Assembly: GCF_036365525.1 (NCBI RefSeq) | Contig: NW_027140825.1 | Coordinates: 868,001-932,000, forward strand | Length of the DNA: 64,000 bases | Direction of reading: 5' to 3' | Origin: Heterodontus francisci | Taxonomy: Eukaryota | In this document: in pieces, positions 50,779 through 62,540 of the stretch | How positions within the stretch are numbered: position 1 is the first letter of the stretch | Layout: each line of letters opens with the position of its first letter | Notes under the pieces: model-generated | Databases searched by the model: none | What the model saw: only the letters and a program-made list of their open reading frames with translations | What the model was told of the DNA's origin: nothing | Program-made: the position numbers and the translations under genes

Positions 50779-51330
50779 TAGTTAGAGATCTGCTGACAGA
50801 AGATACTGAAGTGTTATTCGGAGATACTGGTCATGATTCCTTGCCTTTCCATATTTCTGCTTCCCACCTTTAAGACAGGAAACACCACTATCCCCATTTG
50901 TTACCATTGTTGATGAAATTAATGTTCGTAATAGTTACTTTATGCATTGTTATACATCATCAGCTCGTCAACCAAACTGAAATAATTTACTGTTCCTTGA
51001 TCTGAACAGCAGTTAGTATTCTTTTAACAGAGTGTCATCCTTAAACATTACCAATTTTCCTCTTTCTCAGATGCAGACTGAGCTGGTTTGTGTTCATCCT
51101 TCCGAGTTTGGCGCATTTATAGTTTTATCAATGTAATAAATCTGATTTATAATTGGGCTTAACCTGTCGAGCAAATATAAGTGTGAAGGCAGCAGCGTGA
51201 CTGGAGGAAATTATTTTGTCTCCTTCTTAATCCCTTTCTTCTGCTTTTGCCTCTGTCCCTCCCTGTAACCCTCTATCGTTCTCTCCCCATTGATCTGCCA
51301 TCCTGTGTGAAGAATCTTGTCAGATGTTAG

Positions 51331-51645
51331 ATGGTTCTCCAGTCCCCGGCGGCCAACGCCCTGGTTCCTGGGGAGGAAACCACGTTCCACAGCAGTATTG
51401 GGCAGGGCAACATGACTGGTATGGACTGGTACTTGCAGATTGGTGACTGCCTGGAATGGATTAGATCGAGTGTACTTTCTGCATCTAAATGCAGGAAAAG
51501 GATTGAAACCCAGCACGAGACTCAAGCCAACACTTTGACTCTGTCCTTGAAAAGCTCCCGTGCACAAGACAACATCACTTACTACTGCGCGGCTCACAAG
51601 TACACACACAGTGTAACTAGAATGCAAGGAAACACGGCATAAACT
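51331..51645 (+). pseudogene. TRBV: TCR V pseudogene (xAH family), V 51331-51606 plus RSS 51607-51645
   Basis: Cys23->Ser (TTFHSSIG), upstream TAG, DWYLQ..LEWI..TYYCAAHKY; CACAGTG-23-GCATAAACT. Confidence 0.82.
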
Positions 51646-52668
51646 CGGGAATGATGTAATACACCTTCCTCCAGTCTTTGGGGGTATGGTAGTATAGCTG
51701 TTATGTTACTGGGACTAGTAATCCAGAGGCCTCGACTGAATAATCCAGAGCACAGGTGTTCAAATCCCACCACAGCTTCTGGGGGAATCTAACTAAACAA
51801 ACATCACCTTAAATATTCACTCCCACCACCACCGACGCACAGTGGAAGCAGTATGTACCAGCTGCAAAAAGCACTGCAGTAATGCACCAAGGCTCCTTCA
51901 ACAGCACCTTCCAAACCCGCGGCCTCTACCAACTAGATGGACAAGGGCAGCAGAATCATGGGGACACCACCGCCTGCAAGGTCCCCTCCAAGTCACACAC
52001 CATCGTGACTTGGAACTATATCACCGTTCCTTCATTGTCGCTGGGTCAAAATCCTGAAACTCCCTTCCTAACAGCACTGTGGGTGTACCGACACTACATG
52101 GACTGCAGTGGTTCACGAAGGCAGCTCACCACCACCTTCTCAAGGGGCAATTAGGGATGGACAATAAATGCTGACCTCAACCAGCATCGCCCAAAATCCC
52201 ATGAATGAAATAAAAAATAGAAAATAACAGCACCAAAAATACATCAACAACCTCAACATGCAAAAACCAAGATGAACAACAATTTAAACAGGGAAGAAAA
52301 CAACAAGTACAACAAAAACCTCAGCAGGGAAAACACCAACCAACACAACAACTACCTCAGCAGGAGAACAAGGCCAACAAATTCAACAACAGATCAGCAG
52401 GAGATTCAAACACCAACAAATTCAACAACCTCAGTCGGAGAAAAACACCAGCAAATACAACAACAACTTCAGCAGCAGAATGATACCAACAAATGCAACA
52501 GCAACTACTGGCAGCCAATGGTAGAGAGAGGGGCGTGGGTTCCCCATCAGGGAGGGAGGTGTTGTGCAAACCTGAATCACTTGCTTGAGTCTACATGTGG
52601 CTCCTCACAAGACTCAACTCTCTTCTCTCCACTGATTTCCCAATTGCAGGATAAGCTTCCAGTGGAAG

Positions 52669-53199
52669 ATGTATCTGTTACTGAGTCTCATGGTCTTATT
52701 TCAAAGTAAGGGATCTTTCTCACCACCACCACACACCCCCATTGTTTTTATCAACAGCTCTCTTTCTTATTTTCTTTCTCTCTATCTTTCTCTTCTTCCT
52801 TCATTCTTCACATCCCAGATTGTCCATGTTCACTGACTTTCTTCTCTCCTGGTCTCTTCCCCCAGGCGCAATCTCCGCGAGGGTCCGCCAGACTCCCACC
52901 GCCATCTCCAGATTTCCTGGGGAGGGAGTGGGACTGGAGTGCCGTGTGGAGGGTGAGAGTTGCGGTTCCATGTTCTGGTACAGACAGGACCGGGGAAGGA
53001 GCCGCGGCTGATGTTTTACTCCGCAGCTACACCAGGTGTGAACTCAGAGGGGACGGTGGAGGGTTTCAGCGCCAAACGACCGACTGGCTCCCAGTTCAAC
53101 CTGGAGTCCACCAGCCTGCAGGAGAATCACTCGGCCCTGTATTTCTGTGCCTGGAGTCAGCACAGTGACTCAGAGAGACGGAGCAGTTCAACAAAAACA
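52669..53199 (+). pseudogene. TRBV: CAWS-family V with 1-bp frameshift at ~52990; leader 52669-52705, V 52866-53160, RSS 53161-53199
   Basis: CAGGACCGGGGAAG here vs CAGGACCCGGGGAAG at 14298-14312; otherwise intact. Confidence 0.85.
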
Positions 53200-53830
53200 C
53201 CAAGAGAAACACCTGTTACAGATAAAAGCCTGCAGCTCTGTATCCTGTTGGGTTTACCTGTTGCAGTGTGAACATGTCTTTGACATGATGAAGACACAGG
53301 TTGCATTGAACGTCGGGGAAAAGTTGCACGGAAATATCTTCAAGGATGATAGGAGAACTGGGAGGATATAATGATCAGAAAAAGACTGAACAGATTGGGC
53401 TGTTATCGCTTGAAAAGAGAAGGCTCAGGAGTGCCCTGATAGAGCTCTTTAAGATTATGAAAGGGTTTTTGATCAGATAAATGTAGAGAAGTTTTTTTTC
53501 ATTTGCGGGTGAGACCAGAAAAAGGGGTGGGGCATCAATATAAGACAGTCAGCCATAAATCCAATTGGGAATTCGGGAGAAACATCTTCACCCAGAGAGT
53601 GGGGAGAATGTGGAACTCATTATCACAGGCTGAGGGGAATAGGGAAGATATATTTAAGCTGAGGGGATGCTGGATAGGACATGAGGGAGAGAGGAACAGA
53701 AGGATATGTGGCTGGGGGCGCGATGAAGAGGGCGTGGAACAACGTTCGTGTGGACCAAAAAGACCAGCATGGATGTATCGGGACGAATGGCCTGTTGCTG
53801 TGCTGTAAATTCCCTGCAGCTGGAGCGAGG

Positions 53831-54267
53831 AGCAGGAGCACAAACAATGTGGGACTAGTCAGTGGAGCTGGGGGACTGACTCCTGGGTGAGTAGCAGGAA
53901 CACCAACACTGTGGGACTTGTCAGTGGAGCTGGGGGACTGACTCCTGGGTGAGGAGCAGGAACACCAACACTGTGGGACTAGTCAGTGGAGCTGGGGGAC
54001 TGACTCCTGGGTGAGGAGCAGGAACACCAACACTGTGAGACTAGTCAGTGCAGCTGAGGGACTGACGCCTGGGTGAGTAGCAGGAACACCAACACTGTGG
54101 GACTAGTCAGTGGAGCTGGGGGACTGACTCCTGGGTGAGTAGCAGGAACACCAACACTGTGGGACTAGTCAGTGGAGCTGGGGGACTGACGCCTGGGTGA
54201 GTAGCAGGAACACCAACACTGTGGGACCAGTCAGTGGAGCTGGGGGACTGACTCCTGGGTGAGTAGC
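53831..54267. repeat. 62-bp tandem repeat, ~7 units
   Basis: AGCAGGAACACCAACACTGTGGGACTAGTCAGTGGAGCTGGGGGACTGACTCCTGGGTGAGK; single copy in cassettes A and B. Confidence 0.95.
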
Positions 54268-55134
54268 AGCTTTTCTTTGTGATCTTTATCTAAACCTGTC
54301 ACAATCTTGTACACCTCTATCAAGTCTCCACGCAATCTCAGTTTCTCCAGGGAGAATAACACCAGTTTCTCCAACGTAACCTTGTAACTAAAATCCTCCA
54401 TTCCTGGAACTATTCTGGTAAATCTCCTCTGCATCCACTCTATGACCCTCACCTCCTTCATAAAATGTGATGACCAGAACTGGAAGCAATTCTCCAGTTG
54501 TGGCCTAACTAGAGCATTATAAAGGTTCAGCATAACTTACTAGTTTTTGTAGGCTGTGCGTCAATTTATGAATCCCAAGATCTCGCATTTTTTGCTAATC
54601 TCATAGGTTTTTCTATTCCCATATTCTTTGCTACTGTTTCGAAGTACGGCCCCTGATGTAATGTAGGAAGAGTGGAAGCCAGTTTCTACAAGGCAAGATC
54701 CCAGGAACAGACAACCTGCTGAAGTTGTTGTTGAGTTTGTTGGTGTTTTTCCTGTTGAGGTGGTTGTTGAATTTGTTGGTGTTTTTCCTGCTGAGGTTGT
54801 TGTTCAATTTTATTGGTGTTTTTCTCCTGCTGAAGTTGTTGCTAACTTTGTTGATGTTTTTCTCCTGCTAAAGCTGTTGTTGGCATTGTTGGTGTTTTTC
54901 CTGTTGAAAGCGTTGTTGAATTTGATGGTGTTTTTCCTGTTGAAGTTGTTGTTGAATTTGCTGGTGTTTTTATCCTGCTGCAGTTGTTGTTGAATTTGTT
55001 GGTGTTTTTCTCCTGCTGAAGTTGTTTTTGTATTTGTTGGTGTTATGTCCTGTTGAAGTTGTTGTTGAATTTGTTGATGTTTTTCCTGTAATAAGTTGTT
55101 GTTAAACTTGTTGGTGTTTTTCCTGTTGAAGTTG

Positions 55135-55456
55135 TTTAGTTCAGAGTTTAGTTTAGAGATACAGCACTGAAACAGGCCCTTCGGCCTACCATGTCTGTGC
55201 CAACCACCAACCACCAATTTATACTAATCCAACACTAATTCCATATTCCTACCACATCCCAACCTGTCCCTGTATTTCCCTGCCACCTACCTTTACCACG
55301 GGCAATGTATAATGGCATGTGGGAGGAAACCGGAGCACCCACAGGAAACCCACGCAGACACAGGGAGAACTTGCAAACTCCACACAGGCAGAATTGAACC
55401 CGGGTCGCTGGAGCTATGAGGCTGCGGTGCTAACAACTGGGCCACTGTGTCGCCCT
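55135..55456 (-). mobile_element. HE1/V-SINE family element
   Basis: Reverse-complement homolog of 50452-50778, inserted in the TTG satellite. Confidence 0.85.
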
Positions 55457-56954
55457 TTTCATTGGTGCTTTTATTTTTCCTGTTGAAGTTATTGTTGAAT
55501 TTGTTAGTGTTTTTTTGTGCTGCAGTTGTTTTTGTATTTTTGGGGTGTTTTCTCCTCCAGGGGGACAGCAGAGGGCGAGCTAGCACCAGGAAACACATCA
55601 GACTTCACCAATATTGATTAAAAAAATCATCGTTTACATTGTTCTGTAAAATTGTTTCCTTTCTCTCTCTCTTCATGCCTGTTTCTCTGTCTCTGTTGCT
55701 CTTGTTATTTTTCCTCTCTCACACACACTCACTCTCATTCTCTTTCTTTATCCCTGTCTCTCTTTCCTTCTCTCATTTCCTCTCAGCTCTGTTGCTTTTT
55801 CTGTCTCTCACACGCACACCCATTCTCATTCTCTCTCTTTATCTCACTCTCTTCTTTCTTTCCCCTCTCTTTCTCGCCTCTCATTTCCTCGCTTACTCTT
55901 GCTGTCTGTCTCTATTTCTCTCTCAAACGCACTCAGTCTCATTCTGTCTCTCTGTCTCTAATTAATTCTGCCTATCTCCTCTCATTTCCTGTCTCTGTTT
56001 CGCTCTGTCTCTGTCTCTCCCTGTCTGTCTCTACACCTCCTATTGCCTCATTCTCTCTATCTGTCACTCGTTCTCTCAATCTCTCTCTCTCTCTCTCTTT
56101 CGAACTAATTTTCCCTGAATCATTCCATCTCTCAGTGGCTTTGTTGATCAGTCTGTCTCTCTCTCTCTCTCTGTCTTTGCCTCACTCTACCTCTCCCTTG
56201 CTCCCTCCCAGTTGTTCTCTCTCTCTCATTCTCTCTTTATTTCTCCCCATGTGGGGTTCCCCGGGATGGCCTCTCCCTGTCCGGCTCTGTTCCCCTCTAA
56301 GGTTTTGTTGGTATGATGTGGTCAGAGGGTGCTCTGCAAGGAATACAACGCCAGTGACACTGGTTATTTGACCTATCTGCAGTTTCCACAGCAGCAGGGG
56401 CGGTTTGATCACACTGCTTATAACGAGCCTCCTCCTCTGAAAAGAATCTCAATGTAGTTTGAGATCTGCTTTCCATATTCCTGCTTTCCAGTTTTAAGAC
56501 AGGAAGCACCACTGTCCCCATTTGGTCCCATTGTTGATGAAATTAATGTTTGTAATAGTTACTTTTTGCATTGCTATACATAATCTCCTCGTCAACCAAA
56601 CTGAAATAATTTACTGTTCCTTGATGTGAACAGCAGTTAGGATTATTCTGACAGAGTATCATCATTAAACATTACCAATTTTCTTTTTTCTCAGATACAG
56701 ACTGAGCTGGTTTGTGTTCATCCTTCCGACTTTGGTGCTTTTATAGTTTTATCAATGTAATAAATCTGATTTATAATTGGGCTTAACCTGTGGAGCAAAT
56801 ATAAGTGTGAATGTAGCAGCGTGACTGGAGAAGAATAGTTTGTCTCCTTCTTATTCCCTCTCTTCTGCCTTTGCCTCTGTCCCTCCCTGTAACCCTGTAT
56901 CATTCTCTCCCCATTGATCGGCCATCCTGTGTGAAGAATCTTGTTAGATGTTAG

Positions 56955-57275
56955 ATGGTTCTCCAGTCCCCAGCGGTCAACGCCCTGGTTCCCGTGGAGG
57001 AACCCATGATCCACAGAAGCATTGGGCAGGGCAACATGACTGAGTGTTGTTTGGACTGGTACTTGCAGATTGGTGACTGCCTGGAATGGATCAGATAGAG
57101 TGTACTTTCTGCATCAAACTACAGGAAAAGGATTGAAACCCAGCACAAGACTCAGGCCAACACTTTCACTCTGTCCTTGAAAAGCTCCTGGCTCCAAGAC
57201 AACAGCATTTACTACTGCGGGGCTCACTAGGATACACACAGTGCAACTAGAATGCAAGGAAACACGGCAAAAACT
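56955..57275 (+). pseudogene. TRBV: TCR V pseudogene (xAH family), V 56955-57236 plus RSS 57237-57275
   Basis: Cys23->Arg and two in-frame TAG (WIR*, GAH*); CACAGTG-23-GCAAAAACT. Confidence 0.85.
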
Positions 57276-58169
57276 TGGGAATTGTGTAATACACCTTACC
57301 CCAGTCTCTGGGGGTATGGTAGCATTGCTGTTATGTTACTGGGACTAGTAATCCTGAGGCTTCGACCGAATGATCCAGAGCACAAGAGTTCAAATCCCAC
57401 CACAGCAGCTGGGGGAATCTAACTAAACAAACACCACCTTAAATATTCACTCCCTCCGCCACCGACGCACAGTGGCAGCAGTGTGTACCAGCTACACAAT
57501 GCACTGCAGTAACGCACCAAGGCTCCTTCGACAGCACCTTCCAAACCCGCGACCTCAATCTCGAAGGCCAAGTGCAGCAAATGCATGGGAACACCACCAC
57601 CTGCAAGCTCCCCTCCAAGTCACACACCATCCTGACTTGGAACTGTTTCGGCCGTTCCTTCACTGTCGCTGGGTCAAAATCCTGGAACTCCCTTCCTAAC
57701 AGCACTGTGGGTGTACCCACCTCACATGGACTGCAGCGGTTCAAGAAGGCAGCTCACCACCACCTTCTCAAGGGCGATTAGGGATGGGCAATAATTGCTG
57801 GCCTGGCCAGTGACTCCCACATCCAATGAAATAATAAAAGAATGTTTGCAGATGTCACTAAAATCTGTGCACGGGTTAAGACAGTAGAGGGGTCCTGTGG
57901 AATCCAAAGTGATTTACCTGTGGCAGGGGATTAGGCCACACAATGGCAACTGGCATTAAATTTAGGCAAATGTTGTGTTATGTACGTTGATGGGGCCAGA
58001 AATGAATCCAAGTATCACTTGCAGGGAAGACACTGAAAGAGGTCAGCAGAGAATTATTCTGGTCAGATCATTGAAGGGTGAAGACTGATGTAAAGAGCCT
58101 GCAGTTAAAGTTAACGGGTTTTTAGATTGTGTTAATGGAATCATCATGAATCAAATGACTAGATTTTAG

Positions 58170-59540
58170 AATAACATGAGAAATCGGAGCAGGTGTAGAC
58201 CATTTGGCACCTCGATCCTGCTCTGTCATTCAATACCATCATGACTGATCCTCGAACTCAACTCCACTTTTCCACCCGCTCCCCATATCCCTTCAGTCCA
58301 TCAGTCACCACATATCTGTCTATCACAACCTGAAATATATTCAATAATGGAGCATCCACCACCCCCGGGGGTAGAGAATTCCAAAGATTTACCACCCTTT
58401 GAGTGAAGAAACCTCTCCTTATCTCAGTCCTAAATGCTTGGCCCCTTATCCTGAGGCTGAAATAGATTCCCCAGCCAGGGGAAGCAACTTCTCAGTGTCT
58501 ACCCTATCAAGCCCCTTCAGAATCTTGCATGTTTCACTGAGATCACCTTTCATTCTTCTAAACTCCATAGACTACAGGCTCTCTCATCATAGGACAAACC
58601 TTTCATCCCAGGAACCAATGGAGTGACCCTTCGCTGTACTGCCACCAAGGCAAGTGTAGCCTTCCTCGGATGTGGAGACCAAAACTGTGTACAGTAAAGC
58701 AGGTGTGATCTTACCAAAGCGCTGGCCAATTGTAACAAGACTTCCTTATTCCTGTACTCCAATCCCACTTGCAATAAAGGCCAACAGGCCATTTGCCTTG
58801 CGAATTTCTTGCTGCACCTGCATGTGAACTTACTGAGTCTCATGTACTGAGAAACCCAAGCCTCTCTGAACATCAACATTGAGAAGATTGACGCCTTGTA
58901 AAAAATTATATTCTTTCAACCAAAGTGAAGAACCTCATTCTTCCCCACATTATGCTCCATCTGCCAATCACTTATTTTGAAATTATGCTGCCTAGTTCTA
59001 GATTCGCCCACCAGGGGGAAACATCCTCTCGGCTTCCACGCTGTCAATCCCCCTTCAAATATGACATGTTTCGATCAGATCACCTCTCATTCTTCTAAAT
59101 TCCAGTGGGTATCGGCTCAAACTGCTCAACATTTCCTCATAAGACAATTATGTGGACCAAAACAGTCCACATTACTCCAGATGTGGTCTAACTAAGGCCC
59201 TGTACAGCTGTAACAACACTTCCCTACTTCTGAATTCTATTCCCCTTGCAATAAACAACAACATTTCATTTGCCTTCCTAATCACGCGCTGTACCTACAT
59301 GCTGACTTTTTGTGATTCACGTACCAGGACACCCAGATCCCTCTGTACTGTGGAGTCCTGCAGTCTCTCTATTTAAATAATATTCTGAATTCCCATTCTT
59401 CCTGCCAAATTGGGCAAGCTCACATTTGCCCACAGTATGCTCCATCTGGCAATTTTTTGCCCAACTCACTTAACCTATCTATAACCCTCTGCAGACTCTT
59501 TGTGCCCTCCTCACAATTTGTTTTCCTACCTATCTTTCTC
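58170..59540 (-). mobile_element. Nested CR1-like LINE fragments
   Basis: LEYRNKEVLLQL..ALVR.HL.YC.QFWSP..; VQRR. Confidence 0.8.
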
Positions 59541-59840
59541 ATGGTCAGCACGTTCCTGGCCAATCAAAAAATAAGGCAATATTCCATGGAAGGAAAGGTG
59601 GGAATGTTGGGAAGGGAAGAGGGAAAGTCGGGCTAAGGGGCTTGCAGCAATCTGCATAAATAACAGCAATGTTGCCGAGGGAAGTGCTCCTCATTTGTTC
59701 ACTCTGCTGACAGGCGTGGTCGAGGTACAGGATGGGCGGCCAATCGTTCCACTCTCTTCATCACAACCGGTGGCATTTCCATTTACCAGGCGCTGGCTTG
59801 TTGCTCAGTAAGGGCTGCCTCTCTGCTTCTGAGAAGGACG

Positions 59841-60466
59841 ATGGCACTCTTAGCTAAAAACGTCTCAATCTTGGTTATCTTATTGCTTGGACATTGGATT
59901 TTTTGTAAGTGCTATCCCTTCAGCAGGTGGAAGTAGATTCAATAGTAATCTCCCAAATGGCTATTGGATCAGGGCTTGGAGCGGGGAAATTGGGAGGGCA
60001 ATGGGGTAGGACCGGGGGCAAGTGAGACTAACTCGATTGCTCTTTCAAACAGCCAGCGCAGAAACGATGGGCAGAACGGCCTCTTTCTATTCTGTTAGAT
60101 TTTATGATTTATGCTGCAATTTTCCTTCGATGAGTCTGAATTACTTTCTTTTATGGAATGTGTTCCAGGGGTTCAGTCTGCACCCACTGTGGTCCAGACT
60201 CCAGCAGCGGCATCTATTCGACCGGGGAAGCCCCTCGCCCTCGGCTGCAGCTTGGAGGGAGCCAGCATGGGCAGCTACATCATGCACTGGTACAGGCAGG
60301 AGGGGAAGGCAGTAAAGTGGATGTGCAATGAGCACGGCAGCTGTGGGCCAGGCTTTGAGAAGCGGTTCACTGTGCAACACGACGCTGCAAGCAACCGATT
60401 CTCCCTGCAGCTGGTCGACCCCCAGCCGACAGACACTGCGACCTACTACTGTGCAGCGAGTATGGG
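59841..60466 (+). CDS. TCR V segment, apparently functional; leader 59841-59904, V exon 60169-60466; Vdelta2-like signature and two extra Cys around CDR2
   Basis: Leader MALLAKNVSILVILLLGHWIF T|GTAAGT; V APTVVQTP..LGCSLEGASMGSYIMHWYRQ..WMCNEHGSCGPGFEKRF..NRFSLQL..DTATYYCAASM. Confidence 0.9.
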
Positions 60467-60505
60467 CACGGCGATACAACCCTGCGGCAGAGTGAGACAA
60501 AAACG
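60467..60505 (+). promoter_or_regulatory. 23-RSS (CACGGCG-23-ACAAAAACG)
   Basis: CAC retained, 23-bp spacer, near-consensus nonamer. Confidence 0.88.
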
Positions 60506-60654
60506 TCCTCACCCTCCCAACCTGCCCCTAAAACACCCACCTGTGAGCAGCATCATCGTGAAAGCTCAGCAAACCAACGAGCCCCTGTGTATCCCTATTG
60601 GTGACCTTTGCAACACCATTTCATCTGAAAACACTTTACAGCCAGTTAGCCAGA

Positions 60655-61270
60655 AAGTCATACAGCCTGTATGGTACAGAAGGAGGCCATTCTGCCCATC
60701 GAGTCCATGCAATCCAGTCAGTCCCATTCTACCTCTCTATCCCTGCGGCCCAGCAAGATTATCTCCTTCAAGTGTCCAATCAATTTCCTTTTGAAATCAT
60801 TCATTGTCTCCACTTCCACCACCCTGGTAGGCAGTGAATTCCCGGTTATTACCACTCACTGTGTATAGAGGTTCTTCCTCAAATACCCCAGTATCTATTG
60901 TCCAAAATCATCAATCTGTGACCAATATTCCTTGCACCATCCACTAATGGGAGCAGGTTTACTCTGTCTACCTTAACTAACACTGTCACAATCTTGTTTC
61001 CTCTATCAGATCTCCCCTCAATCGCCTTTGCACCAAGGTAAACAACCCCAGATTCTCCAAAATAACCATGTAACATCCCTGGAACCATTCTGGTAAAATC
61101 TCCTTTGCACCCTGTCATGGACACTCACATCCTTCCTAAAGTGTGGTGACCAGAACTGAACGCAAACTTCCAGTTACAGCCTAACCAGAGCTTTGGAAAG
61201 GTTCATCATAGCTTCCCAGCGCTTGTGCTCCATGCCTCCATTTATAAAGCCCAAGAACCCGAGTGCTTTA
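60655..61270 (-). mobile_element. CR1-like LINE 3' fragment
   Basis: FTRMVPGM motif and CR1 3' UTR-type sequence. Confidence 0.75.
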
Positions 61271-61699
61271 CTAATCCCATATTCGTTGCTAGTACTTCTT
61301 CGAAGTGCAGCCACTGCTGCAAGATAGGAACAGTGGCAGCCAGTTTCTACAAAGCAAGATCCATCAAACAGGCAATAATGTCCAGATCATCTGTGGTTAT
61401 TGTCAGAGCAATTTTGATTGGAGGATAATCATTGCTGAGGATTGCCCCCTCTGACTGTGCAGTTCTGCCCTTCTGGACATCAGAGGTTGTCCTCTGTACA
61501 GTCCCAGGATGTCACCAAAACAAAACCCAATACTAGCCAATGAAATGTTTCTCATTTGTTCATCCCATTGACCTGTGTAGTCTAAGCACATGCTTTGTTG
61601 TTGGATCACTATGCATAGTTCCTTACATCCGGTGGCATCTGTGCTGAGGAGGACAATATTATTGGTGGCAAATTGGCCCCCTCTAACACTGCATCGCAG

Positions 61700-62540
61700 G
61701 AGTAAAACAGCAACAAATTCAAGAAAAATACCAACAAATTCAACAACAACTTAAGCAGGTGAAAAACACAAACAAATTCAACAACAACCTCAGCAGGTGA
61801 AAAGCACCAACAAATTCAACAACTTCAGCAGGAAAAAAAAAAGCAACGATTACAACAACAACTTCAGCAGGAGAAAAACACACAAATTCAACAACATTAG
61901 CGGGAAAAAAAATTCAACATATACAACAACAACTTCAGCAGGAGAAAAACACCAAAACATTCATCAACAAAGTCAGCAGGGATTAAAGAACACCAACAAA
62001 TTCAACAACAACTACAGCAGGAAAAAAAAATATCAATGAATACAACAACAACTTCAGCAGGAGAAAAACACCAAAAAATTCAACAACAAAGTCAGCAGGC
62101 AGTAAAGAACACCAACAGATTCAACAACAACTTCAGCAGGAAAAAACATCAACGAATACAACAACAACTTCAGCAACAGTTAAAAAGCCCCACAATTCAA
62201 CAACAACTTCAGCAGTAGAAAAACACCAACAAATTCAACAATAACTTCAGCAGGAGAAAAACACCAACAAATACAACAACAACTTCAGCTGCAGTAAAAC
62301 AAAACCCAACAAATCCAACAATAACTTCAGCAGGAGAGAAAAACACCAAAAATCCAACACCAACTTCAGTCGGAAGAAAGCACCAACAAATTCAACAACA
62401 ACTTCAGTCAGAAGAAGGCACCAACTAATTCAACAACAACTTCAGTCAGAAGAAGGCACCAAGAAGTTCACCAACAACTTCAGTCGGAAGAAGACACCAA
62501 CAAATTCAACAACATCTTCAGCAGGAGAACAACACCAACA
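61700..62540. repeat. CAA-rich degenerate satellite array
   Basis: AACAACTTCAGCAGGAGAAAAACACCAACAAATTC units. Confidence 0.9.

Larger units (their letters stand above)
47100..52050 (+). repeat. Two-V cassette copy B
   Basis: Colinear with cassette A; boundaries approximate. Confidence 0.9.
52050..57830 (+). repeat. Two-V cassette copy C
   Basis: Colinear with cassettes A and B. Confidence 0.9.

Noticed and set aside
53831-54267. Regular array that could be mistaken for CRISPR
   Set aside because: No unique spacers, contiguous tandem units, vertebrate genome
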